A program made the position numbers and the translations under genes. Under the pieces are notes generated by a model that made no database searches, was not told the DNA's origin, and saw only the letters and a list, made by a program, of their open reading frames with translations. A stretch of 62,674 bases of DNA, counting the filler, from Chiloscyllium plagiosum (taxonomy: Eukaryota), in assembly GCF_004010195.1 (NCBI RefSeq). It is 4 parts of 2 records of this genome, joined end to end, with 100 filler letters (N's around TTAATTAATTAA, not from the genome) between each part and the next. Parts side by side here need not be neighbours in the genome. Positions count along the whole stretch, not along the records: positions 38,351 to 51,139 come from NC_057712.1; positions 51,240 to 62,674 come from NC_057712.1; 2 more parts are not named here. One strand, 5' to 3'. Positions 50,795-62,587 of the stretch are shown here, in pieces. Numbering within the stretch: the stretch's first letter is position 1; each line of letters starts with the position of its first letter.

Positions 50795-51139
50795 CTCCTG
50801 TTCCCTGGATGCTGCCTGACCTGCTGTGCTGTTCCAGCAATAAAGTTTCAACTTTGATATGCAGCAAGACCTAACTTGGAGATGTTGGTAGTGGACTGTG
50901 GTGGACAAAGATAAAAATCACACAACACCAGGTTATAGTCCAACAGGTTTATTTGGAAACACTAGCTTTCAAGGCACTGCTTCTTCATTAGGTGGTTGTG
51001 GAGAATAAGGTCATAAAACAGCATTTATATCCAAATGAGTACAGTGTCATGGAGATGTGATGATACATTAAACAATTTAAGATAAATTTAGGATGGGATG
51101 TGTTGGTTTCTGTTCTTTGGTATGTAAATCCCAGAACTT

Positions 51140-51239
51140 NNNNNNNNNNNNNNNNNNNNNNNNNNNNNNNNNNNNNNNNNNNNTTAATTAATTAANNNNN
51201 NNNNNNNNNNNNNNNNNNNNNNNNNNNNNNNNNNNNNNN
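51140..51239. other. Artificial scaffold spacer
   Basis: 44N-TTAATTAATTAA-44N. Confidence 0.97.
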
Positions 51240-51804
51240 CCTGCTGTGCTGGTCCAGCAATAAAGTTTCAACTTTGATCTCCAGCATCTGCAGACCTCAC
51301 TTTCTCCTCGAAGATATTAATCCAGAAACTCAGCTCATGTATCTGGGGGCCTGGTTCAAATCCAGGTGGAAGATGGTAGAATTTCAATTCAACAAAGAAA
51401 CTGGAATTAAGGGTCTAACAGTGACCATGAGTAGGGAAGGAAACTGCCACCCTCACCTGGTTTGGCCTACATATGACTGCAGACGCACAGCACTGTGGTT
51501 GATGCCCACATTCAGTGAATGAATGAATAAACAAAAATCTAGCACCCAGTTTGGAAGCACCGCAATGCTGTAGGCGCAGAAGTAGACCATTCACCCTAAC
51601 GAGTCCATCGTTCAATGAGACCGCGGAAGATATTATAATACACAATTCCATCTTCCTGACATTTTCCCATAACCCTCTATTCCCTTGCTGCTTAAAAATC
51701 TATCTCAACCTTGAATGTTCTTAACTATCCAGCCTCGACAGTTCTGAGAGGAGTCCTTCCTCTTCGCCTCTATCTTAATGTTTGAAGAAAATATTTCTAT
51801 ACCC

Positions 51805-53985
51805 AGAACAAAATCAGCAATTGCTGGAAAAGCTCAGCAGATCTGGCAACATCCATGAAGAGAAATTAGAGTTAATAGTTCGGCTCCACTGACCCTTCCT
51901 CAGAACTGATGGTAGTGAGGAAAATGTTGGTGTATATGCAGAATATAGGGTGGGGGGAGGGGTTAAGGCATAAAGTGGGGATAGAGCCCAAAGAGAGAGA
52001 AGAACAGTTGGACAGACAAAGGAGTGGATAACGATCTGTCCAGGAGGGTGAATAACTGTTAATGGAGACTGTTAATGACTATCAATAGGCAATGTGTAAT
52101 GGCAGACTATGTGATAATGTCTGGTGTAAGAGGTAGGGAACCAGGACATGGGAGAGTTCAGTCCCCAAAATCATTGAACTCAATATTGAATCTGGAGGGC
52201 TGCAGGGTCCCCAAGTGGAAAGTGAGGTGTTGTTCTTCCAGTTTGTGTTGAGCTTCACTGAAACACTGCAGCAAGCCTGAGACAGAAATGTTGGCCAGGG
52301 AACATGATGGGGCGTTAAAGTGGCAGGCAACTGGAAGCTCAGGGCCTTTTTTGCAGACAGAACATAGATGTCCCTGTCTACACTTCATATCCCCAATGTA
52401 GAGGAGACCACATTGTGAGCAGCAAATGCAGTAGGCTAGATTGTGACAAGTGCAGGTAAAGTGCTGCTTCACCTGGATGGTGTGTTTGGTCCCTTGAATA
52501 TTGAGGAGGGAGTAGGTAAATGGACAGGTGTTACACCTTCAGTGCTGGTAGGGAAAAGTGCCTTTGGTCTGTGGAGGTGTGTTGGGAGTGAAGGAAGAGG
52601 GAACGGTGCCAATAAAAGGCGGACAAGGGAGAGGAGGGAAATTTGTGTGTGATGGTGGCATCTCACTGGAGGTGGCAGAAATGGTGGCTAATGATCTTCT
52701 GGATGTGGATGCTGGTAGGATGGTTGATAAGGACAAGGCAACCCCTATCACTGTTGTGGGAGGAAGAGAGAGAGGGTGAGGACTGAAGGAGATAGGTTGG
52801 ACCCTGTTGAGGGTCCTACTGACAATGGTGCTAGGGAACCCTCAGTTGAGGAAGGTAGACATTTCAAAGGTTCCCTTGTTGATGTTGGCCTCATCAGAAC
52901 ATGTGTGGTGCAGACAGTGGAACTGTGAGAATGGAAACGAGTCTTTCAGGAAGCAGGGTGCGAGGATTTATATTCCAGGTAGCTGTGGGAGTCAGTGAAT
53001 TTATAGTGGATATAGTGGCCAGTTTAGCTCCAAAAATGGAAACAGAGATGTCAAGGAAGGGAAGGAAGGAGTCAGAGGTAGACCAGTGAGGGTAGGGTGG
53101 AAATTGGAAGCAAAATCGATGAATCATACTTACCCCATGAAGAGACAGGCATAAACTGGGGCCCATTCTGGTACCCATGACCACCCCTCTGACTTGAAGA
53201 AAATGAGAGGAGTTAAAAGAGAAACAGTTGAGGGAGAGGACGAGCTCAGCCAAGGGGAGGAGGGTGGTGGTGGAAGGGGACATTTCAGGCCATTGCTCCA
53301 GGAGGAAGTGGGAGCCCTGAGACCATCCTGGTGGAGGATGGACGTGCAAAGGGATTTGTGGGCAGCACGGTGGCATAGTGGTTAGCACTGCTGCCTCACA
53401 GTGCCAGAGGCACGGGTTCAATTCCCGCCTCAGGCGACCGACTGTGTGGAGTTTGCACATTCTCCCCATGTCTGCGTGGGTTTTCTCCGGGTGCTCCGGT
53501 TTCCTCCCACAGTCCAAAAATGTGCAGGTTAGGTGAATTGGCCATGCTAAATTGCCTGTAGTGTTAGGTGTAGGGGAATGGGTCTGGGTGGGTGCGCTTC
53601 GGCGGGTCAGTGTGGACTTGTTGGGCCAAAGGGCCTGTTTCCACACTGTAAGTAATCTAATCTAATCTAATCTAATCTATAGTTAGCCACTAACAATCTC
53701 CTTTAACAGCAATTCATCCTCCCAGTCAGATTCACTTCTTTGTCTGTCCAACTGTTTTTCTCTCTCTTTGGGCTCTATCCCCATCACTCATTTATTCCTT
53801 ACACTACTGCATCCGCCCATCTTATCTTCTGCATAAAAATTGACATTTTCCTCGCTACCATCAGTTCTGAGGAAGGGTCACCAGACCCAAAATGTTGACT
53901 CTGACTTCTCTTCACAGATGCGGCCAGAACTGCTCAGCTTTTTCAGCAATTTGTGCTTTTGTTTCTGATTTACAGCATTCGGTTT
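51805..53985 (-). mobile_element. Older Penelope element (RT plus GIY-YIG) with an inverted pLTR at ~53680-53985, interrupted by HE1
   Basis: FTCTCHNLAYCICCSQCGLLYIG...EEQHLTFHLGTLQP; GVVMGTRMGPS; LPFLDISVSI. Confidence 0.88.
53359..53678 (+). mobile_element. Young HE1-type SINE with (TCTAA)n tail
   Basis: Near mirror image of 21727-22040. Confidence 0.93.
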
Positions 53986-55334
53986 TTATTTATACACATG
54001 AGATCAACATAATGAACCTTCTCTGAATTGTCTCCAATGTCAGCATATCTTTTGTTGGACAAGGGGAATAAAATTGGTTACAGTATTCTAGGTATGATCT
54101 ATCACCTTGTACAGTTTCAGCAAAACATCCCTATTTTTATGTTCTTTGGAATAAAGGCTAACATTCTATTTGCCTTCCCTATTACACACTGAACTTGGAC
54201 ACTAACCTTTTGTGATTCATCTACAAGAACTCCATATTCCTTCATTGTAGCTTCCTGCTATCTGCCTCTATTTAAATAATATTTAGCTCCTTTACTCTTT
54301 TTCCCATACTCTATTCCATCTACCGAGATTTTGTCCATTCACTTACCTTTTATATCTCTCTGTAGACTCTGTGCATCATCATCATTATTTACTTCCCTAC
54401 CTATTTGTGTACCATCCACAATCCTGGTTATAATATATTCACTTTTCTGATCCAAGTCAATAATAAAGATCATAAATAATTGTGGATCCAGCACTGATCC
54501 CTTTGGCGCTCTATTAATTACAGATTACCATCCTAAAAATGTCCCTTTTTTCTTTTGCTAGTTAAGTCAATCCTCTATCTATGTTAATATACTACTACAA
54601 CAAACTTTTTATTAACTGGCACCTTTGGGACCAGGAATGTACTGTTTGATCAAATATTTCGGTTGATCAAGAGATCCACATAATCAATGTAAAAAACACC
54701 ACTAAGTAATAGAAAATTAAGATTGGAAGCATACACATCATTGTTCACGGTTATAATTTATTTATAGCATAAATCACTTAAATAATAATACAGCTTTACC
54801 TTAAATAAAATTTATCGGCAGAGATGCTTCTTACTCATACCTTCAACTCACTAATCAAACATTGTGGAGATTGTGATAATACAGTATGCTTCCAGTTTTT
54901 CAGGTATATACATTTTGCCGCTTTATCAAGAGCCCCACTTCATGCCAGGAGCAAAACAAAGTTTTCTATCTTATCTTATTAGGTAGTCTAATGTGCAGCA
55001 TCTTATCAAACACCTTTTGGAAATCCAAACATATTGCATCTATTAGTTCCTCTTTTGCTATCCTGCTGGTAAGTCTTTTCAATTACTTTGACCAGAGAGT
55101 AACTTAAATTCTTGAACAAAAGCAAAACTCAACAAAAAAGTTTAGCATCTAGGAAAATACACAGATAATTTCAAAAATTATCTTTATAGATTAGTAGAAA
55201 AATGTGAATATCAACCCTGGAAATCAGAATTCCATAAGATAAGGATTATTGGAATTGTTGGAATTATTCAAAAGTCTTTGACAGTTTTATTACAGTCCAA
55301 AGAAGATTTGACTTTGAAGAAAGCTATTCTGTGC

Positions 55335-55660
55335 TATCTACAAAATGCATTGCAGAAATTCACCAAGGCTCCTCAGGCAACTCCTTCTAAATCCAGGACT
55401 ATTATCATCTAGAAGAACAAGAGCATCAGGAACATGGAAACACCACCACCTGCACTCCACTCATCACCCTACCTTGGAAAAAATCCTTTAGCATAATGGG
55501 GTGCAAATCTTAGAATTCCCACCCTAATAGGATTGTGGGTCTACCTACACAAAATGAACTGCAACGGTTCAAGAAGACAGCTTACCACCATCTTCTTCAG
55601 GGCACTTAAGGATGCAAAATAATGCTGGTTCATTAGGTGATACCCATTTCCCATGAATGT
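55335..55660 (+). mobile_element. 3' end of a CR1-group LINE sharing its tail with family 2 SINEs
   Basis: WNSLP-like and FKKTAYHHLLQG motifs, then GGGCACTTAAGGATG..TAATGCTGG...CCCATGAATG. Confidence 0.65.
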
Positions 55661-55682
55661 AGAACAATAAAATTGAGATAAA

Positions 55683-56015
55683 ATCATTGAGATGTACAGA
55701 CAGAAACAGACCCTTCAGTCTAACTTGTCCATGCTGACCAGATATCCTAAATTAATCTAGTCCCATTTGCCAGCACTTGCCCTGCATCCCTCTAAATCCT
55801 TCCTATTCATATACTCATCCAGAAGCCTTCCAGTGTTGTATTTGAAAGCCTTCACCATTTCCTCTGACAGCTCATTCCATACATGCACCACGCTTTGACT
55901 GAAAAAGTTGCCCTTTAGGTCCATTGTAAATCTTTCCCCTCTCACCCTAAAGCTCTGCCTTCTAGTCCTGGACTCCCGCAACCCAGGAAAAAGGCCTTGT
56001 TTATTTACCCAATCC
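55683..56015 (-). mobile_element. CR1 3' end
   Basis: ORF 55757-55981 GNFFSQSVVHVWNEL. Confidence 0.85.
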
Positions 56016-56789
56016 AGATTAAGCTGTAGAGAAGATCAATCTTATCACAGGAGATCTGCAGAATCCATTCACATCATTCGGTATAAAAACCCAAAAAACA
56101 TGTAATAATCCAGGACAGAGAGTAAATGAGACAGTAGATATTAAGAGTCACTCACAATGCTGTGGAGTCAGGAAACCTCATAGGCACAAATAGTGCCCAA
56201 CAATTAAAAAAAAGCTATATCTGCAAAACAGTAGGTTACTTCCAAAAGATATACAAAATAGGGTGTGGTTATCAAGCAGCAGGGAGTTAAATAACTACTT
56301 ACAAAGATGGTCATGCAATACAGCAATCTGCAATACAGTAGACATCTAATATATTTCTGGAGGAACTGGTAATCCATCCAATTCATTTTGTCAAGAGGAA
56401 TTTCTATAAATGGATATCTCATTTATTTTCAGCCTGATACAGGGGCAGATATCAGTATTTATCAGATTGTACACAACGGGTGAAGAAACATAGGTTATAG
56501 TGCATAACAGTGAAATGACATGGTCCAGGAGCTGTAGGCATCATGTTTAAATGTATGTGACATACAGCTCCACTACACGAGAGATGTCAGAGAATAGAGA
56601 ATGTATACTTCACAATTTCTGACCTTTGCATCAGAATTTGTCTTGACCTTAACTTAATCAAATGGAAGAAAGAGTTCAACTAGTCATAATCAATAGTGAA
56701 CAGGTCAAACTGCAGCCAATTATCCTGTCTGTTCAGAGATGCCAGTCAAGCAACAAATGGTCAAGAGTAACCAGTTAGGGAATCATTTG

Positions 56790-57850
56790 TTTCAATTTGA
56801 TTTATTATTGTCATGTACAGAGATACAGTGGAAAGTATGGTTTTGCATGCTATCCAGACAAATCATACCTTACATAGGCAAATCAGTGTAATAGAACAGA
56901 ATGCAAAATATAGTATTACAGCTACAGAGAATGCTCAAAGAACGATCAACTCTAATATATGAGGCGTCCATTCATAAGTCTGATAACAGCAGGGAAGAAG
57001 CTGTACTTGAATCTGTTGGTACATGTTTTCAAACTTTTGTATCTTCTACCTGATGGAAGTGTTTGGAAGAGAGTATATCTAGGATGAGACAGATGTACCA
57101 GGACAGATTGTTAGTGATATTTACTTCTAGGAACCCGAATCTCTCAACTATCTCCATCTCAGCACCATTGATACAGGTAGCGTGTCCTCTACTCTACTTC
57201 CTGACATCGATGATGAGCTCCTTTGTTTTGCTGACACTGAGGGAGAGATTGTTGCCTCTAAGCTCTCTATCTCTTTCTTGCACTCTGTCTTGTCGTTGTT
57301 TGAGATCCAACTTTCTACTGTGATGATCAGCAAATTTATAAATCAATTTGGCCACACAATCATGACTATGTAATGAGTACAGTAAGGGGCTGAGTATGTA
57401 GCCTTGCATGGCACCAGTGTTAGGAATTATTGTGGAAGAGGTTTTGTCGCCTATCGTTACTAATTACGGTCTGTGGGTTAAGAGGTTGAGGATCCAGTTG
57501 CAGAGGGAAGAGCTGAAGCATAGGTCTTGGAGTTTGGAAATGACTTTGGTTGGAATTGTGGTGTTGAAAGTGGAGCTAAGTCAATAAATAGGAGTTTAAC
57601 ATTTTCCAGACTTTCTTTGGTATCAGATGTTTCAGAGATGAGTGTAGGGCCAGTGAGTGTAGAGAGTCTGCCATGGACCTATTGTAATGGTAGGCAAATT
57701 GTAGTGGATCAAGGCAGTCTGGGAGGCTGGCGTTGATGTGTGCCATTACTAACTCTCAAAACACTTCATAATGATGGATGTCAGAGCCACTGGGTCATTA
57801 AGGCATATTGCCTGATTTTCCTTCTGCACTGGGATACCGATTGTTTTCTT
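56790..57850 (-). mobile_element. Rex1/Babar-clade LINE, decayed
   Basis: QGYILSPLLYSLHSHDC..YKFAD; NNLSLSVSKTKELIID. Confidence 0.85.
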
Positions 57851-58289
57851 GATAGACAGGCAGAAGGCTGGTGAGATGTTGAAAGGTTAATTTGTACTGC
57901 TGACCTGTAAGCAATTGGTTGTCCCGGGGTGGGGTGGGGGGGTGGTATGTTTCTATGCCTTAAAGGCAGAATGTAAAAATTTACATTGCCATCTCCTGCA
58001 ATTCAGAAACAATTTAAATAACCATCTCCTGCAGTTAAGACAGAATAAGAACAATGCAGTTAAGAATCTAACCACATCCTGCAGTTAAGGAATGATCTAA
58101 TCACATTGTTTTTGGAAATAATCAAATCACTGCATTGTGTCTTGAGTGGCATGTGACTGTGGGGGAGTGGCAGGGGGTTGTCTTGTGGGCATTACTGATG
58201 GCAATGTAAAAGGGAGGACTGTTCCCCTGTTCAGAGAAATCTCTTGACACAGCTCCGCAAGCCCCACGAAGAGTTTTAAGGGTCCCTCC

Positions 58290-59948
58290 AAACCTGTGCT
58301 GTACCGGGCAGGAAGATTGCTGAGAGTCTCGCACTCCTCAGGGATACGATCGCCTACATGCAGGACAGAGGGTTGGAAACCTGCCTCATCAGCCTGGACC
58401 AGGAGAAAGCCTTTGACAGGATATCGCACACGTATATGAGAGATGTTCTCTCCAAAATGGGCTTTGGGGAGGGAACCTGCAATTGGATCAGACTGCTCTA
58501 CACCAACATTGTCAGTGCAGTCTCAATCAATGGGTGGGAATCAAATAGCTTTCCAGTCAGATCTGGAGTCAGGCAGGGCTGCCCCCTCTCTCCTGCCTTG
58601 TTTGTGTGCTGCATAGAGCCATTTGCCGAGTCCATCAGGAAGGATGCGAGCCGGAGAGGGGTGACTATTCCTGGCAGCAGGGGCCTGCAGGTTAAGGCCT
58701 CCCTGTACATGGAGGACGTCGCCATTTTCTGCTCGGATCCGCTGTCCGTGCACAGACTCATGTGCATTTGTGACCAGTTCGAACAGGCCTCGGGGGCCAA
58801 GGTAAACCGAGGCAAGAGCGAAGCCATGCTCTTCGGGAACTGGGCCGACCAATCCTCGATACCCTTCACCGTATTTGGTTCGGGGGGGCTGGGGCGTGCA
58901 CCAAGACCTGGGAGGAGCGGATCAGGAAGGTGAGACAGAAACTGGGCAGATGGGAGNNNNNNNNNNNNNNNNNNNNNNNNNNNNNNNNNNNNNNNNNNNN
59001 NNNNNNNNNNNNNNNNNNNNNNNNNNNNNNNNNNNNNNNNNNNNNNNNNNNNNNNNNNNNNNNNNNNNNNNNNNNNNNNNNNNNNNNNNNNNNNNNNNNN
59101 NNNNNNNNNNNNNNNNNNNNNNNNNNNNNNNNNNNNNNNNNNNNNNNNNNNNNNNNNNNNNNNNNNNNNNNNNNNNNNNNNNNNNNNNNNNNNNNNNNNN
59201 NNNNNNNNNNNNNNNNNNNNNNNNNNNNNNNNNNNNNNNNNNNNNNNNNNNNNNNNNNNNNNNNNNNNNNNNNNNNNNNNNNNNNNNNNNNNNNNNNNNN
59301 NNNNNNNNNNNNNNNNNNNNNNNNNNNNNNNNNNNNNNNNNNNNNNNNNNNNNNNNNNNNNNNNNNNNNNNNNNNNNNNNNNNNNNNNNNNNNNNNNNNN
59401 NNNNNNNNNNNNNNNNNNNNNNNNNNNNNNNNNNNNNNNNNNNNNNNNNNNNNNNNNNNNNNNNNNNNNNNNNNNNNNNNNNNNNNNNNNNNNNNNNNNN
59501 NNNNNNNNNNNNNNNNNNNNNNNNNNNNNNNNNNNNNNNNNNNNNNNNNNNNNNNNNNNNNNNNNNNNNNNNNNNNNNNNNNNNNNNNNNNNNNNNNNNN
59601 NNNNNNNNNNNNNNNNNNNNNNNNNNNNNNNNNNNNNNNNNNNNNNNNNNNNNNNNNNNNNNNNNNNNNNNNNNNNNNNNNNNNNNNNNNNNNNNNNNNN
59701 NNNNNNNNNNNNNNNNNNNNNNNNNNNNNNNNNNNNNNNNNNNNNNNNNNNNNNNNNNNNNNNNNNNNNNNNNNNNNNNNNNNNNNNGCTAAATATGTGG
59801 ATAGTAATCGTACAGACCTATATATATGAATGATTACTCTGTCTCTGTATGCCAAGAAATGGAATGTTTACGTATGTATGGCATGACCAATTGTACAGAA
59901 CATCAAAATATTTTATGAATAAAGTATATTTTTGAAATTAAAAAAAAA
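58290..59948 (+). mobile_element. 5'-truncated Tx1-clade (L1 group) LINE spanning the N gap
   Basis: DQEKAFDRISH...SGVRQGCPLSPALF...LYMEDV; AATAAA and poly(A) end at 59918-59948; imperfect TSD GTTTTAAGGGTCCCTCCA / GTTAAAGGTTCCTCCA. Confidence 0.88.
58957..59787. other. Assembly gap (831 N)
   Basis: Run of N. Confidence 0.99.
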
Positions 59949-60509
59949 GTTAAAGGTTCCTCCAGAAGCTTGTACTTGCTCAACAAATTTCGGCTGTTAC
60001 CAGAAGTTGGCATATTGCAGTTGCATCAAATGTGTATGAATCTCAAGAAAAAGAACCTAACATGGGGAGAACACAACAAGCCAGGCAACATCAGGTGGTG
60101 GAGAAGTCGACATTTTGGATGTAACCCTTCTTCAGGTGGTCTTCTTGAAACAGGTGGGAACCTTGCATCAAAGTAAGGAAAGGTTAAAGATGTCTGCAAG
60201 TACTCTCACCTGCCGATCCACACAGGGTCTGAGTGCATATAAACCATAAGAACCGTAGAAAAAATGAAGGAAATAGTAGTATTGAACAATCTGATTCAGG
60301 GATAATTGGTAGAAAATTTCATTGGGCTTCCTAGAGTCAATTAGCAGCCCAACAAGAGGCCAGAATCCACTAGATTACATACATTGACAGAAGGGAATTG
60401 TTTCACACTGTTAACAGATGAAAATATGTGACTATGCAGGATTTGCAGAAATATCTTCCAGTCCTTTCTCCTACCAAAACTGAGTAGAGTTCACGTGACC
60501 CATGGTACA

Positions 60510-60895
60510 GGCAGAAATGTGGCACAGTACTTAGTACTGCCACCTCACAGCGCCAGGGACCCAGGTTCAATTTCTACTTTGGGTGACTGTCTCTGTGGAA
60601 TTTGCATATTCTCCCTGTGTCTGGTTTCTTCCAGATGCTCTGGTTTCCCCCCACAGTCCAGAGATGTGCAGGTTAGGTGGATTGTCCATGCTCCAGAGTC
60701 TGCAGTCCTTGTTTTTACCATGCTCAATTGCCGATAGTGTTCAGGGATTTACAGGCTGGGTGGGTTAGCCATGGAAACTGCAGGCTTACATTAATAGTGT
60801 TGAGCAGTGGGTCTGGCTAGGATGCTCTTCAGAAGGTCAGTGTAGATTCAATGGGCCAAATGGCCTGTCTCCATGGTGTAGGGATTCTATGATCT
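60510..60895 (+). mobile_element. HE1-type SINE with a tiny Penelope-tail insert (~60692-60717)
   Basis: A and B boxes, V-domain; insert CAGAGTCTGCAGTCCTTGTTTTTA between CCATGCTC repeats. Confidence 0.8.
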
Positions 60896-61156
60896 GAACT
60901 CATTAATAGTTCATTCAGGAACCTAGCCTGACGAACAAATAATTACAATAGATTTGAATTTAAAGTCAGATGATGAGACAATATGTTTTAAAAGAAACAT
61001 TTCAGTTCTTTATTTTCAGAGAATGACCTTCAACACCAATGACAAGGATAATGCTAAGTAAGAAAGTATTGTCAAGTATCATGACTGAGGAAGTGCACAT
61101 GCTGGGTTCAGCAGTAAAGTAGCCAAAGTGTGTGAATTCAAGCATTCAATCTTACC

Positions 61157-62587
61157 GGAGAAAGTGAGGTCTGCAGATGCTGGAGATCAGAGCTGAAAAT
61201 GTGTTGCTGGAAAAGCGCAGCAGGTCAGGCAGCATCCAAGGAAACTGGAGAAATCTGAGTTCATCCCTTGTGGTTGGAGGGTTCCTAGGCGGAAGATGAG
61301 GCGCTCTTCCTCCAGCCGTGGTGTTGCTATGGTCTGGCGATGGAGGAGTCTGAAGACCTGCATGTCCTTGGTGGAGTGGGAGGGGGAGTTGAAGTGTTGA
61401 GCCATGGGGAGGTTGGGATGGTTGGTGCGGGTGTCCCAGAGGTGTTCTCTGAAACGTTCCGCAAGGAGCGGCCTGTCTCCCCAATATAGAGAAGGCCACA
61501 TCGGGTGCAGCGGATGCAGTAAATGATGCGTGTGGAGGTGCAGGTGAATTTGTGGCGGATATGGAAGTGTCCCTTGGGACCTTGGAGGGAAGTGAGGGGG
61601 GAGGTGTGGGCGCAAAGTTTGCATTTCTTGCGGTTGCAGGAGAAGGTGGCGGGAGTGGAGGTTGGGTTGGTGGGGGGTGTGGACCTGACGAGGGAGTTAT
61701 GGAGAGAGTGGTCTTTTCGGAATGCTGATAGGGGAGGGAAGAGAAATATATCCCTGGTGGTGGGGTCCGTTTGGAGGTGGCGGAAATGACGACGGATGAT
61801 ACGATGTATATGGAGGTTGGTAGGGTGGTAGGTGAGGACCAGTGGGGTTCTGTCCTGGTGGCGATTGGAGGGGCTGGGCTCAAGGGCGGAGGAGTGGGAA
61901 GTGGAGGAGATGTGATGGAGAGCATCGTCGACCACGTCTGGGGGAAATTGCGGTCTTTGAAGAAGGAGGCCATCTGGGTTGTTCGGTACTGGAACTTGTC
62001 CTCCTGGGAGCAGATGCGGGAGAGATGAAGGAATTGGGAGAATGGGATGGCGTTTTTACAGGGGGCAGGGTGGGAGGAGGTGGGAGTCGGTCGGTTTATA
62101 GTAAATGTCCGTGTTGATTCGGTCGCCCGAGATAGAAATGGAGATGAAGGAATTGGGAGAATGGGATGGCGTTTTTACAGGGGGCAGGGTGGGAGGAGGT
62201 GGGAGTCGGTCGGTTTATAGTAAATGTCCGTGTTGATTCGGTCGCCCGAGATAGAAATGGAGAGGTCTAGGAAGGGGAGGGAGGAGTCTGAGACGGTCCA
62301 GGTAAATTTGAGGTCGGGGTGGAAAGTGTTAATAAAGTGGATGAACTGTTCAACCTCCTCGTGGGAGCACGAGGCAGCGCCGATACAATCATCGATGTTA
62401 GGGAGGAAAAGGTGGGTCGTGGTGCCAGTGTAGCTGCGGAAGATGGACTGTTCCACATATCCTACGAAGAGGCAGGCATAGCTGGGGCCCATGCGGGTGC
62501 CCATGGCTACTCCTTTGGTTTGGAGGAAGTGGGAGGATTGGAAAGAGAAGTTGTTCAGGGTGAGGACCAGTTCAGTCAGTCGAAGGA
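61157..62587 (-). mobile_element. Penelope-like element family A (RT C-terminus plus GIY-YIG), frameshifted, with a 119-bp internal duplication
   Basis: MGTRMGPSYACLF, IDDCIG, LPFLDLSI, YYKPTD, IIYCIRCTRCGLLYIGETGR, EEERLIFRLGTLQP; 62022-62140 is repeated at 62141-62259. Confidence 0.93.

Larger units (their letters stand above)
49883..51314. mobile_element. Young Penelope family-A insertion with ~455-bp inverted arms (GIY-YIG C-terminus plus pLTR) inside a family 2 SINE
   Basis: Arms 49880-50334 and 50396-50855; EEERLIFRLGTLQP on both strands; TSD TATTAATCCAGAAA at 49869-49882 and 51315-51328; SINE halves 49835-49882 and 51315-51530. Confidence 0.9.
57877..60062 (+). mobile_element. Putative solo LTR (57877-58290 plus 59949-60062) split by a Tx1 insertion
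   Basis: TGTT...AACA termini, repeated CCTGCAGTTAAG motifs, TATA-like TGTAAAA; interrupts a Penelope arm (57853-57876 and 60063-60136). Confidence 0.55.

Noticed and set aside
23163..51195. TTAATTAATTAA palindrome occurring three times
   Set aside because: Always centred in 44N+44N; an artificial scaffold linker, not biology.
54596..54950. Possible Tigger-like MITE within an old CR1
   Set aside because: Only one terminus resembles a TIR; the matching end was not found.
58866..59855. ~300-aa ORFs on both strands
   Set aside because: They are translations through the N gap.
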